Of a DNA stretch of 64,000 nt, positions 24,379 through 40,926 are shown piece after piece. Made by a program: the position numbers and the translations under genes. Source of the DNA: the human T2T-CHM13v2.0 reference genome, Homo sapiens. The stretch is from the NCBI RefSeq assembly GCF_009914755.1, contig NC_060939.1; one strand, given 5' to 3'. The first letter of the stretch is position 1; each line of letters opens with the position of its first letter. A model generated the notes under the pieces. The model was not told the DNA's origin and did not search any database. It saw only the letters and a list, made by a program, of their open reading frames with translations.

Positions 24379-26815
24379 TAGGTGAGGGGACCCCACGGGA
24401 TTGGCGGTGGCGGGGAACAGGGTCCGGGACAAGGCTGTGTTGGGAACTGAGCCATGAGAGTATTGAAGATGCTTGGTATAAAATCACCCTCAAAACCAAT
24501 GATCCGCAGAGAAGAGGGGCACAGGTGTTGGCTCCAGGGAAGGGCCAGGAGTGGAAGCGGGGTGCTGGGGACCCAGAGAGGTTGCTGACAACCATTGGCT
24601 GGAAAGGAAGGATTCCAGAAAGCGTGGGGAAGGTCCAGGCAGGAAAAGCGTATGAATGCAGGGTTCTGGGCTAGAGAAGTGACTTCCCTTCTTGGGGTCT
24701 TGTGTTGCCTTTCCTGTGAAATGGGAACAGTATTATTAGCACTTACCTTGTGGGCTGATATGAGGAGTAAATGGGACTGTTTTTGGCAAGTGCTGAGCCA
24801 TTGCTAAGATTCCCTTACCCGTGCTGTCCCTGTATAAAGGCACAAGGGCCCTTTGAAAGAATTTTACTGCTTATCATTGAAAGGAATAGACTGGGGGCAA
24901 CAAAAATAACAAACATGCGAAGTTATTATGAAGGCTCCAGCACATTTGCAAAACCTCCATGGTCCTACTGGTTCCTGATTACCTCCACTGAATGAGAGGC
25001 AATTCATTACTGAATGAGCCATAAGCGCCTCTTATTTCGAGAGGGGGATGGCAGGACTCAGTAGAGGAGAAGGACCGCACCCAGGCAGCCTGGGCCCCTC
25101 GGCTCCTGTACTTATATACTGCTGGGTACTTCTTAGCCCAGCATGTAATTACTGGTTCGTTCAGTCATTCGTTTAGCAAATGTTTCTTGGGCACCTACTA
25201 CATAGGAGGCACAGGTCAAGGCACTGGGGATATTCTGTGAACCCATAGCCTCCCTTGATACACTGTGATTAGGGGCTGATCCTCATGTCCTGACTGCCTC
25301 CTGCAGACATTCTCATGCCTTCCTTCACCTATGCACGCTACACCTATCCTTACTTCCTCAGTGCTGACTTCTGCCAGGCCCTAGGCTACCCACCTGGGGA
25401 TGTAGAAATGTAGAAATGAACACAGACACGTGGGCCCTGTGCCTGTGGGTTTAAGGTCCGGGGAAGGACAGGCAAGCACACACTAATAATTGAGATGAGT
25501 GCCACAGTAAGGATCACAAAGAGGGGGCCTCTGCACCTAGTTTGGGTGGGAGGGGAGGCGTAGAGAAAGGTTACCTGGAGGGAGTGACATTGGAACTGTG
25601 CTCTGTGCTCTGGGAAGGCCCTCAGTGACTCCTCAGTTGTCTACTTCACTGGCCCAAGTCACCTGCAGGGACGCTTGCTGTGTTCTCCAGCCTCAGAGCT
25701 TGGTGTGCAGCCCTGCCCTGCTTACCATGATGCTGCCATCACAGGGGCTGGAGACAAGTGGACCCAACGCTGTTCACTCAAGGAGATTCCCTTTGCTGCA
25801 TCCCTCCTCCTGGTCTCAGGAATCTCCATGTCCCCTGCAGTGTTCTCTGACTGACTCCAAGCGCTTCCTCCACCCCTTACCTTTCCAGGGAGCACCCAGT
25901 TTAGTTGAATTCTCCTCTGTGAGCCTGAAACACACATGCACTTTATTGCCACCATAGTGAGGAGAGAGAGTGTGAAAACTGCCCAGCCTTTAGAAGCACA
26001 ATGCTTGATTATTTCCCAGCACAGGAAAGGAGATGTTTACAGACTTGGCCTTTTTCCTTAGTAAATCAGAGTTTCTTATTATATGACAGACACTATGCTA
26101 ACAGCTTTGCATGCATTATTGCATCTGCCCATCCCAGCCCTGTGAACAGGTGACATAATCATTTTCCTTTTGCAATTGAGGAAGCAGAGTCTGACAGAGG
26201 TTAAGTGACCTGCCCAAGGTTGCATAGCTAGCCCTATTATTAAACGGAACTCCCAGTTTGTCTATGTCCAGAACCCATTTTTTTTTTTTTTTTTTTGAGA
26301 CGGAGTCTCACTCTGCCACCCAGGCTGGAGTGCAATGGCGCGATCTTGGCTCACTGCAACCTCCGCCTCCCGGGTTCAAGTGATTCTTCTGCCTTAGCCT
26401 CCTGAGTAGCTGAGACTATAGGTGCCCGCCACCACGCCCAGCTAATTTTTGTATTTTTATTAGGACGGGGTTTCACCATATTGGCCAGGCTGGTCTCGAA
26501 ATCCTGACCTTGTGATCCGCCCACCTCGGCCTCCCAAAGTGCTGGGATTACAGGTGTGAGCCATTGCGAGCAGCCCAGAACTCAATTCTTAACCTTTAAA
26601 GTATGATGAGAAGAAGGATCAAGCCCTCACCAGCCCATTTAAGGAGTTTAGGCTCAGTCTTGAGGATGTGAGAAGTCATTGCTATTGGGTTTCACACTGA
26701 GGTTAACAGGTGAAGTCAGCATTTTGGTAGTTCACAGCAGCTGCAACTCTTTGTATTTCTCTGATACCTCCTGTCCCAACCTACATCAGGCCTTCCCTTC
26801 TTCCTGCTTCCTTAA

Positions 26816-26914
<99 letters not shown>

Positions 26915-27489
26915 TGAGTCCAGAACCCAGGAAGACCCAGAAGGGTAAGGGTGGGGAAGAGAGGGGAAATCTCAGACCTCAGTCCCCAGCTAAGGTTATC
27001 AGATTCCAGCCCTTGGGAGATCTGGGCTGTGTTCTCCTCCAGCCCAAGGCCCAGCAAGGATGAGGTTCTGAGAGGAGCCTTCCAGGCCACAGGGACAACT
27101 GAGCCCAGGACCAGGCCAACATGACATGGCTCTTGCCTCCTGTGTGCCCCTCCGCCACACACTCTATTCCAGCCACAGGCACCCTGGCCTTAGCACAATT
27201 CTTTTCTGAGCCTAGGAAGCTCCACTTACCCTGATCTTCCAACGTCAACCTCACCCTCTCTCAGGTTGTTTCTATTCAGGCTTCAAGTCTCAGCTTAAGG
27301 AGAATTTTCAAGTCTCAGCTTAAGGAGAGCCCCCTAAGTTCCCCGAGGACTGGGATTAATTTATGATGCTCATCACCCTTAAAATTGTTTGCTTAAGCCG
27401 GGCGCGGTGGCTCACGCCTGTAATCCCAGCACTTTGGGAGGCCGAGGTGAACGGATCACGAGGTCAGGAGATCGAGAACATCTTGGCTA

Positions 27490-27702
<213 letters not shown>

Positions 27703-28137
27703 TTAGTATAATGTCAAGGGAAAGGTTTTTTGTGTTTTTATTACTTTATTTTTTATTTAAAAACTATAATAGAGACGGGCCTCGCTATATTTCTCGGGCT
27801 GGTCTCAAACTCCTGGGCTCAAGCGGTCCTCCCACCTTGGCCTCCCAAAATGCTGGCATGTGGGCCTGGTCAACATATGGGACCCCAACTCTACAAAAAA
27901 TTTTAAAATTAGCCAGATGTGGTGGCGTGTGCCTGTAGTCCCAGCTACTTGGGAGGCTGAAGCAGGGGGTCACTTGAGCCCAGGAGGTTGAGGCTGCAGT
28001 GAACTATGATTGTACCACTGCAGTCCATCCTGGGCAACAGAGCAAGACACTGTCTTAAAAAAAAAGTGCTGGGATTACAGATGTAAGCCACCACACCTGG
28101 CCTTCTATTTTTTATGGATATATCATAGCTATATATA

Positions 28138-28204
28138 TTTTTGGGGTACATATGTACCCATATTTTGGGGGTACATATGTACCCATATTTTGGGGGTACA
28201 TATG
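28138..28204. repeat. 25-bp tandem repeat (about 2.7 copies) with a 16-bp palindromic core
   Basis: GGGTACATATGTACCC at 28144 and 28169, partial copy at 28194. Confidence 0.9.
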
Positions 28205-28322
28205 ATATTTTGATACACATATACAATGTGTAATGATCAAATTAGGGTAATTGAGATACCATCATCTCAAATATGTATCTTTTCTTTGTGTTGGGAACAT
28301 TACAATTCTTTTCCTCTAGTTA

Positions 28323-28784
<462 letters not shown>

Positions 28785-29437
28785 TTAGCTATGTTTGTCT
28801 TACTGTGCTATTGAGCATTAGAGCTTTTTTTTTTTTTTTTTTTTTTGAGACAGAGTCTCACTTTGTCGCCCAGGCTGGCATACAATGGCGCAATATCGGC
28901 TCACTGCAACCTCCGCCTCCTGGGTTCAAGTGATTCTCCTGCCTCAGCCTCCCAAGTAACTAGGATTACAAGTGCCCGCCATAATGCTCAGCTAATTTTT
29001 GTATTTTCAGTAGAGATGGGGTTTCACCATGTTGGCCAAGCTGGTCTCAAACTCCTAGCCTCAGGTGATCCACCTGCCTCAGCCTCCCAAAGTGCTGGGA
29101 TTACAGGCATGAGCCACAGCACCCTGGTGAGCACTAGAGCTTATTTCTTCTATCTAACTGTATTTTTGTATCCATTAGCCACCCTCTTTTCATCCTCCCC
29201 TCTCCTTCCCTTCCCAGCCTCTGGTAACCACTGTCTGCTCTCTACTTCCATGACATATGCTTTGTTTTAGCTCTCACATATGAGTGAGAGCATGCGACAT
29301 TTATCTTTCTGGCCCTGGCACATTTTTGAATCATTGTTAGAAAAGATGATGGTTTGGAGTAGATACATCAGAAGTGACAGCGTTTGCCCTAAAAAGGAAA
29401 GACAGGCTCCTCTGGGACCCTGACCAAGTTCCTGTGA

Positions 29438-29710
<273 letters not shown>

Positions 29711-29904
29711 TGATGGGGGGAGGGTCTAAGCCGAAAAAGTTCCAGGCAGAAGAAGCCTAACTAGTGCTTATTAAGTCTCTCTGTTCCAGACGTCCACTAT
29801 CTTATTAAACCTTCCCTGTTTTACTGAGAAGGAAACCACCATGCTGAGAAGTTTGCAATAGGGAGCTGGTAGCAACTTTGAAGCAGGAAACTGTGGGAAC
29901 AATG

Positions 29905-30265
29905 CAGATGCTGCTTGACTTACGATGAGGTTATGTCCAGATAAGCCCATCCATCTTTGAAAATACCCTAAGTGAAAAGTGCATTCAATATGCCTAACCC
30001 ACCAAACATCATAGCTTAGCCTGGCCTACCTTAAACATGCTCGGAACACTGACCTTAGCCTAAAGTTGGGCAAAATCATCTAACTCAAAGCCTATTTTAC
30101 AAGAAAGTGTTGAATATCTCATGTAACTTACTTAATACTGTACTAAAAGTGAAAAACAGAATGGTTGTACGGGTACTCGAAATCCAGTTTCTACTGAATG
30201 TGCATCTCTTTCACATTGTAAAGTTAAAAAATTGTAGCCGAACCATCCTAAGTCAGGGACTGTGA
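29905..30265. mobile_element. MER47A-like (Tigger) remnant
   Basis: cagatgct.ct.gacttacgatg...aacatcatagcttagcct.gcctaccttaaac. Confidence 0.75.
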
Positions 30266-30443
30266 GTACTGTGTCAGTAACAGTAAGGGCACTATTGGAG
30301 AACCAAGTTAGCAGCTGCTGCAATAGTTCAAGTCAGAGATGATGAAAACCTAGACCAAGTCAGTAGCAGCAGAGATGGAGGGGAGACAGCAGATTTAGGG
30401 AGAGCATATTGGGTGATGTAGGGAAGGAAGAAGAATGATGTCA

Positions 30444-30758
<315 letters not shown>

Positions 30759-30816
30759 TCAGCGTGTTGTTTGTTTTTGGTGGAGTTAATTGTGGGGTTC
30801 TAGGGAAAGGAATTTA

Positions 30817-31137
<321 letters not shown>

Positions 31138-31643
31138 TCAGTCAGAAGAATCGCTTGAACCCAGGAGGCGGAGGCTGCAGTGAGCCGAGATCGCGCCACT
31201 GCACTCTAGCCTGGGCAACAGAGCCAGACTCCGTCTCAAAAAAAAAAAAGTGAGAGAGATTGAGGCTGGGATATATGGCTCAGGCATCATGCGCGTGTAG
31301 GGGGCAGTTAAAAAGCAGAAGTAAGAAAGATTGCCTAGGGAGGCAGGAAGGGTGAGGTGAGAGGAGAAGAGGCCCAGGACCAGATTCTAGTCACCAACAG
31401 CGTTTAAGGGGCAGGTAAGGAAAACAAAACCATCAGCAAAGACTGAGAATGAAAGCCCAGAGAGGAAGGAAAAGCCACACATACAATCAGTACAGCTCCA
31501 TCTGAATAAAGGTAGCGCCCCCCCCCCCCCAAATCATTAGAGAAATGCCTGAATCGTGTTTTCTGTTGATATTTCCTAAGCACCTAGATGTAGGGAATAG
31601 AAATAAATGGCTCCCTCTGTCTCATCCCCTTCCTGCCCTCTGA

Positions 31644-32135
<492 letters not shown>

Positions 32136-32166
32136 TGAAGCATCTTCCTTTCTGTTTCTTCTCAAG

Positions 32167-32178
32167 GTTCCCAAAGAG
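32167..32178 (+). CDS. CAPN3: Calpain-3 exon 12 (12-nt microexon, VPKE)
   Basis: Pyrimidine tract ...ttctcaag|GTTCCCAAAGAG|gtatag links IYE to MHGNK. Confidence 0.95.
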
Positions 32179-32740
32179 GTATAGCAGCAGCAGCGGCCAG
32201 CAGTTGTGTGCAGCACTACCCAGGGGGCCCCGAGTCTGTCTGTGGCTCGTCGAGAAGCTTCCTGGTGGGGTTTGTGGGCAGGACTGTGATAGGAGAGGGC
32301 CTTGCCTGTGTTATTTCCACTGCAGAGCAGGTGCCTCAGGGCATTGCATGACCCATGACTACCACCCCCAGGATGTGCACTTTCTCCCTCGCACCAGACA
32401 CTGCACGTCACACACATGCCTTTGCACACTCACCCTCCTCCACGCTTACAGCCACACACACAGTCACACAGACGCGTTCTGAGGGTGGCTGCCCGCTTGG
32501 GATGGAGGAATCACTTCCCTCAGAACCCAGCCAAGTCCTCTAGGCCTCCTTGGGGGTCCTTCCAGCCTGAGGGGCTTCGGAGCTGAGGAGCAGCTGTTCT
32601 GGTAAGTGTCCCTGAGTGTGGGGATGACACATTTGCCATTCACTCTGAATCACAACAGAAAAGGAAGAGGAAGTGAGGTAGGGAGGCTATTTAAGCCTTG
32701 GGAGTCGGAAGTAGGGAGGTTGAAACTGTGACATGGGTGA

Positions 32741-33046
<306 letters not shown>

Positions 33047-33783
33047 TGAGTGCTGGCCCAGCTTTCCCACGTGTTTCTAAAAGCTCACATGGCCCACTCC
33101 AGAGGTTGAAGGCATGAGGCAGCTAGACACGTCTCCTCCAGGGTCCTTCTGCTGCTCCTGAGCCACTGGCCACATTACCCCCATTCATTCATTCATCCAT
33201 TCTGTGATATTTATTGAGCACCTACTATGTTCCAGGCACTGTCCTAGGCACTAAGGATAGAGTAGTGAAGTAAACAGAAAGAAATCCCTGCCTTCATGGA
33301 GCTTAATATTCTAACATGAGACAATAATGGATAGGAAAAACATATGTAGCATGTTAGATTTGGAGAGGTGATATGGAGCAAAAATAAAGTAGGGAAGAGG
33401 GATAGGAGGTGTTGGGGATGCTTGAAATTTTAGGTTAGCATGGCCAGGAAAGCCACATCCTGTCCCTGGCCACCACAGATGAGCTCATAGCCCCTGCCAC
33501 TCTGATCTCTGTCCTTGGAAGATGCACCAGGTCCATGGGTAGGTGGCTGGGTCATGCCTTTGGGGGGCTCTGAGCAATACTAACAAGAACCTGCGTGCCT
33601 GGGCTTGGCTGTCGGGGATGGTGCTGACATGGGGCTGGTTCCTGGGGTTGGGGTGTTCCAGGGGTTCTCTAGAGGCTGGTTCTGGCTTGGCTGCCAGGAA
33701 GCCGTGCACCAGAGCAAACCGTCCACGGGCCTCCTGCTTGCTTCTGGTGACACTGAGACCCCACATGTCTGTATTCCTCACAG

Positions 33784-33820
33784 GGAAGTTGAAAATACCA
33801 TCTCCGTGGATCGGCCAGTG
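33784..33820 (+). CDS. CAPN3: Calpain-3 exon 14 (37 nt)
   Basis: EVENTISVDRPV; cacag / gtgagt. Confidence 0.97.
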
Positions 33821-35329
33821 GTGAGTGGTTTAGATCTTCTGTGCGAAAAGTCCAGAGGGTCCCCTTCCCTGACCATGCAGGGGACAGATGGTGCAGGGGA
33901 GAATGGGCACTGGCAGAGGGAATGGGAGTCTGGGCTGTGCTGAGCAGTCCCTCCTTGGCACTGCAAATCCTACTTTGGCATGGCCAGAAGTAATCGGCCT
34001 TAAGCACCGGGGGCCATTGAGGCAGTTCAGGGGCTGGGAAATATGGAAGAGGGTCCTGGAAAGGAGAAGCAATTTGAACAATCGGAGGGAACAAGGCCAC
34101 AGGAAGGGATGACAAGAGCCGCAGCGAACACTGGATTCTGAGACTGGATAACATTGGATTTCACACATAGAGAAAAGAAAGTAAGCTGGTGCCGGACCTG
34201 GTGTTGACACTTGGATCCTCCACTTACCAGCGGGGTGACCTGGACAATTTCTGTAATCCCTCTCACTCAGTTTCCTACTCAGTAAAACGGGGATGATAAT
34301 GTGCCTTGCAAGGCTTTTGTGAGGCTTCATCAATGAGGTGATGTATGTGAAGTGTCTGGCACAGCATGGGCACTCAAACAGAGGTGCTTTTTCACACTTT
34401 ACACCTTACAAGGTACTTTTCACATGTGTCATCGCGATACTTGCAAGGTTGCTGAGAGGTAGATGGGGTTATAATCCCTGGTGTTCAAGAAAGGAAGCAG
34501 AGGCTCAATGGGGTTGAATGACTTCTCTGAGTTCACAGAGCTCAGTAAGTGGCAGGGTTGGAACTCACATTCAGACTCTCTGACTCCAGACTTAGGTTTT
34601 TCCGCACCTCCACGCTGAGGCCAGCCCCAGGCAGTGAGAAGCCCAAAGTCCGAAGCACAGAGTGCTGTGTGTTGGGCTCTGTGTGTTGAGGAGTCTTGTG
34701 ACTGCCTTGGGGCTTTGGGCTGTAGTCAGCTGACAGTCCTTTGTGCTCTGTGGGGATGACGTAGGCCAATGGGAGGACAAATGCCCCTCTGAACTGTCTT
34801 CTGGGCAGTGACAGTCATGGTCATAATCCTGACCCTGAGCCAGTGCCAGGTCTCCAAGTGCCTTCTGAATGACCACAGGCGATTGGTTTTAGTGGTAGGT
34901 GTGTGGGGATCTGTTCTGGTCATCTGGATGCTGGTCATCGGTGTGCAGTATTGATCAGGACCTGCAAACCCAAAAGCTTATGGGAGCTGGCACGTCACGT
35001 GAGTAGAGCAGGCAGGTGCAGGGGTTTTGATGTCCCTGCACTGACACAGTTGTCTGCAGTTCTCAATTGACATTTGGCTCCAGTGTCGAGGGTCAACAGG
35101 AATGTTGGGGCGTGGGGCAATCTGGAAGACACAGGGAGCAGGGCCCTTGGCTCAGCTGATAGTTGCCGCAGGGATTACAGGCCCAGGGCAGCCTGCCACA
35201 GCTGGGGCTTTTACCAAAGAAAATCTCCCTATGTTAAATGCTTGCTCAAAAATTTTTAAAAAATATTCTGTAAGTCAAAATCCATTGTTAGGTCAGTTTG
35301 AGAGAGCCATGTTTTTGGTGTTTTAGTAA

Positions 35330-35485
<156 letters not shown>

Positions 35486-35968
35486 TGAGATTACAGGTGC
35501 CCACCATCACGCCTGGATAATTTTTGTATTTTTTAGTCGAGATGGGGTTTCACCATGTTGGCCAGGATAGTCCTGAACTACTGACCTCAGATAATCCGCC
35601 CACCTCAGCCTCCCAAAGTGCTGGGATTACAGGCATGAGCCAGCACGCCCGGCCACCAATTTCATTTTTTAAAAAAGGAAGAAAGAAAACCTTAGCCAGA
35701 AGATCTTTTTCCTTGCCATATGCAGTAAGAGTAGATTATAAAAACAAAGTCAGAGCAGTCACTGGTGTCTGGGCATGGAGGAGAAAGAAGAATTCTCTTC
35801 TCCCTTCACCCTCCATGCCCCTTTTTGGCTCCATGTGATTCAGATTTCTGGACCCTGGAGCCCCACCCCAAGCTAAAGACCAGGATACAGGGAAGCCAAA
35901 AGCCACTGGCGGTTCTGAGAACTTACTTTTCACTTATTCTGCATTTACTGTTTCCTTTTCTTATGCAG

Positions 35969-35986
35969 AAAAAGAAAAAAACCAAG
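35969..35986 (+). CDS. CAPN3: Calpain-3 exon 15 (18-nt microexon, KKKKTK; IS2 NLS-like)
   Basis: ttatgcag|AAAAAGAAAAAAACCAAG|gtaggt. Confidence 0.96.
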
Positions 35987-36005
35987 GTAGGTGTGTGGGT
36001 AGAGA

Positions 36006-36060
36006 GCATGAAGTGTGTGTACTCATGCATATGTATGTGCATGCATGTGAAGTGTGCATG
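36006..36060 (+). promoter_or_regulatory. RBFOX (U)GCAUG cluster downstream of exon 15
   Basis: GCATG 36006; TGCATG 36038, 36042 and 36055, in a TG-rich context. Confidence 0.75.
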
Positions 36061-37393
36061 TGTGAGCTCATATGCATCCATGCACCAGACTTGCCTCTTC
36101 CTCCCCCTCCTTCCTGAGCTTCTGCTGGGGCCGAGCGTGCAGTAATGACAACTACGATTTGCTGGGGGAAGGCTACGTGCCAAGCACTCTTTTAGGTGCT
36201 TTCCATGATTAATTCCTTCCTCACAACAGCCCTATGAGATTAGTACTATAACTATCCCCATTTTCAGAGGGAGAAAAGGTACAGACTTGACTAACTTGCC
36301 CAAGGCCACACAGCCAGAGAGGGGCAGAGCCAGTACTTAGAGCCAGGCAGTCTGGGTCCAGAGTCCGTGTCCTGAACCACAAGAGGCCATCATACGCCAT
36401 CAGATTTGGTGCTAGCATTTCTGGTGGTGCCTGGTGGTGATGGATCCATCACAGGGGTCCTCCAGGTACTGGTGCTGGCCCAGACCAGAGCTGACACTCC
36501 TCAGGCACTACCACATTCCAGGCACTGTGCTTGGGGTCAGTCCCTCTCTTTTTTTTCCCCCCCAATTATAACAGTATCTACAAAGTAGGTGCTGTTATTT
36601 TTCCCCTTTCACAGGTGAGATAGACTCAAAGAAGTGAACTTGCCCAAGGAACAGAACTAATGAGTGGGGAAAATGGAACTGGAAACCATGTCTGTTTACT
36701 CCAAAACCTGTGTTTCTTGCCCTCTTTCTCTGATGCCAGCCCCCTACACTTCAAGGCCTGTGTTGTCCAGACCCACACTCGGGCCTGCCAGTGTGTGCCT
36801 GGCAGGGATGCTCCATGGCCACACCATATCCATCCTACACATCCCCCCTCAGACTGTGACCTCCATTTGCTCTGGGATCCCCACAAGCTTCAGCTGCTTG
36901 AGCAAGACACTGCTTAGAAGGCAGAGCAAGCCAAGGCCTCTGGGGCCTGCTGGGAGCCAAAGCTGGGGAGCCGTTTCCACGGGTCTATCTGCTTGAGCTG
37001 TCCTAGATGAGCAGCATGGAAGGGCAGTGGTGCATGAGTCCAGGCGGGCTGCTTTTCTGCTCCGAGAGGCTCTGCCTGCCCAGTTGTTCTCTGCATTGCA
37101 GCCTCAATCCCCACAGCCTTGCCTTCCCCCGGCTTTCCCTACAGGTGCACCGCATCCACAGTGTTGGCACCATGCAGCAGCCGCTCTCCGTCCTTTTCAT
37201 ATCCTTGTCACTTGCACGAGCATGTCTTGAAAATATCCCTTGTTTGTGTAGCATCTTAAATGTTTTTGCAGTATGATTTTGCATTCAGTATCTCATTTGA
37301 TCCCCACAAGAGCCCTATGAGGAGGGAAAGCAGATTTTACCATTAAAGGATGAGTAAACTGAGGCCAGAGAGGATATTTTTGGTTTTTTTTGA

Positions 37394-37552
<159 letters not shown>

Positions 37553-38064
37553 TAGTAGAGATGGGGTTTCACCCAGTTAGCCAGGATGGTCTTGATCTCC
37601 TGACCTTGTGATCTGCCTGCTTCGGCCTCCTAAAGTGCTGGGATTACAGGCGTGAGCCACCGTGCCCGGCCAGAGAGGATATTTCTTATATGAGGGGCAG
37701 GGCTGGGATTCCAGCCCAGTGTTCTGATGGCTCACCCACTGACCATGCCACTAATCCGTGTCCTTTTTCAATCTATACTTTGCAGGGTTGTAGAGGTTCC
37801 TTTGAGGTGCCTCAGTAGCTGCCATGGTGATGTGGGGTGCTGAGGGCAAAGAGCTCTGTTCTCATTAATCAGAGAAGCTTGTGTTTTTATATACACCATG
37901 TTTCTGCAGGAAATTTAATTTGAACAGTGTTTCCATCTGGAAAAAAAAAAGTCTACAAAATACTTGACAATCACTGCACTAGATCATGCTGCTTTTAGCA
38001 TTCTTAGCATTTCACGTGCTGAGCTCTCAATACTCTACCATGAGGAGGGATGGAGTGGGTATGA

Positions 38065-38523
<459 letters not shown>

Positions 38524-38848
38524 TGAAATTTGGGCTGCTGCTTGGGTGAATATCCCAGGATGGGGGTTCCATTCTAGGAGTGGACTGGCAGGCTGAGCCT
38601 CCCATGGAGCTGATCCAGCCAGGATACAGAGAAGGGGAGGCAAAGGCTGAGACAGAACCAGCTTGAGAGCGGAGGCGCAACTCTTGTCTCCTGGTGGCCT
38701 TGAGCATTTCACAATAGGGGGATAAAGGATAGGAGCAGAAAAGTGGGGCTGACTTCAGAAATGGGGTCCTCTAGAGCTCACGGGAGGGTGTTAGATTGGA
38801 GTGGGAGCTTAGTGGAGGTGAGCCTTAGAGGCAAAAGTCTCCAGACCA

Positions 38849-38932
38849 ATCCAGGGCCCCTCTTCTATCCGGGGGCCCCTCTTCTATCCAGGGCCCCTCT
38901 TCTGTCTGGGAGCCCCTCTTCTATCTGGGGCC
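38849..38932. repeat. Minisatellite, about 4 copies of 18-19 bp
   Basis: Unit gggcccctcttctatcc(a/gg). Confidence 0.9.
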
Positions 38933-39255
38933 TCATGCAGTGGGGCCTAGGGGAGGTTCTCTGAGGACTTGGCCTTGATGACAGGGTGGCTGGAGGAATC
39001 AGAACGGTCAGACCTTCTTTGACCTGCGGGCACCTTTAGTTGGAATGCTCAGGCCTGGGATGGTGGAGGGGGCTCTTGCAGGTGGGGACTGGGGTGGCGG
39101 GGAGGAGGCTGTATGGCCGCCATATCTCCTTTGGCTGGGGGCGTCAGGGCTGGAGAGGTGTGAAGAGTCCCTGAGGCCTCGATGCATCTCACTCCAGCTC
39201 ACCAGGTCTGCATTTGCCCGTCCCCAGCTCCTGCTGCCACCTCCGGCCGTTTTAG

Positions 39256-39513
<258 letters not shown>

Positions 39514-39829
39514 TAGAGGTCACTTTGGACTTCGGTGGAGCCAGGGGATGTGTGCGTAGCACACAAATCCACAAGCCCTTGAGTTTTGGACTGCCACGTC
39601 TGCTGGGGGGCTCAGAGGCCTTTTTGCTCTGAGCTGCCCACGGTGGTCCTGATAGCTGAGGTGCAGTATCTGGCCCCCTGTCTTCCTCAGAAAAGCCCCA
39701 GCTTCCCATGACATAATAGCACCGACAGGGATTTTACAAACACAGCCAGGTGGAATTTGTTTTGCAAAGTGTCCGCGCCAGGAGCTGCTGTACTCCTGAA
39801 CCATGACCCTCCTCTCCCTTCCTCCTCAG

Positions 39830-39887
39830 GACATGGAGATCTGTGCAGATGAGCTCAAGAAGGTCCTTAACACAGTCGTGAACAAAC
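39830..39887 (+). CDS. CAPN3: Calpain-3 exon 18 (58 nt), penta-EF hand
   Basis: [19 protein letters not shown]; donor gtgagt. Confidence 0.97.
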
Positions 39888-39891
39888 GTGA

Positions 39892-40470
<579 letters not shown>

Positions 40471-40539
40471 ACAGATGGCTCTGGAAAGCTCAACCTGCAG
40501 GAGTTCCACCACCTCTGGAACAAGATTAAGGCCTGGCAG
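40471..40539 (+). CDS. CAPN3: Calpain-3 exon 20 (69 nt)
   Basis: [23 protein letters not shown] (EF hand). Confidence 0.97.
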
Positions 40540-40582
40540 GTGGGAAGAGAAAATGAAGCGTGGGAGTCAAGAATGGGGTTGA

Positions 40583-40783
<201 letters not shown>

Positions 40784-40926
40784 TAGGGCCCCACTAGAGA
40801 AAGGAGAGGGAAAGGGCTTCTCACTTTCCCTTCCCAGGTCACAGAGTGGCCGAGAGGCAGGGAAAATAGAAGGCAGGCCCAAGGCCTCCAGCTCCACGTC
40901 CACCTCTAACATGGTCCCCTCCACAG

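Noticed and set aside
27282-27328. 22-bp direct repeat ttcaagtctcagcttaaggaga (also 17-bp repeats near 21508-21549)
   Set aside because: Simple local tandem duplications with no evidence of function.
28138-28204. Palindromic repeat array resembling CRISPR
   Set aside because: The spacers are identical rather than unique, there are fewer than three units, it lies in a human L1 and no cas genes are present.
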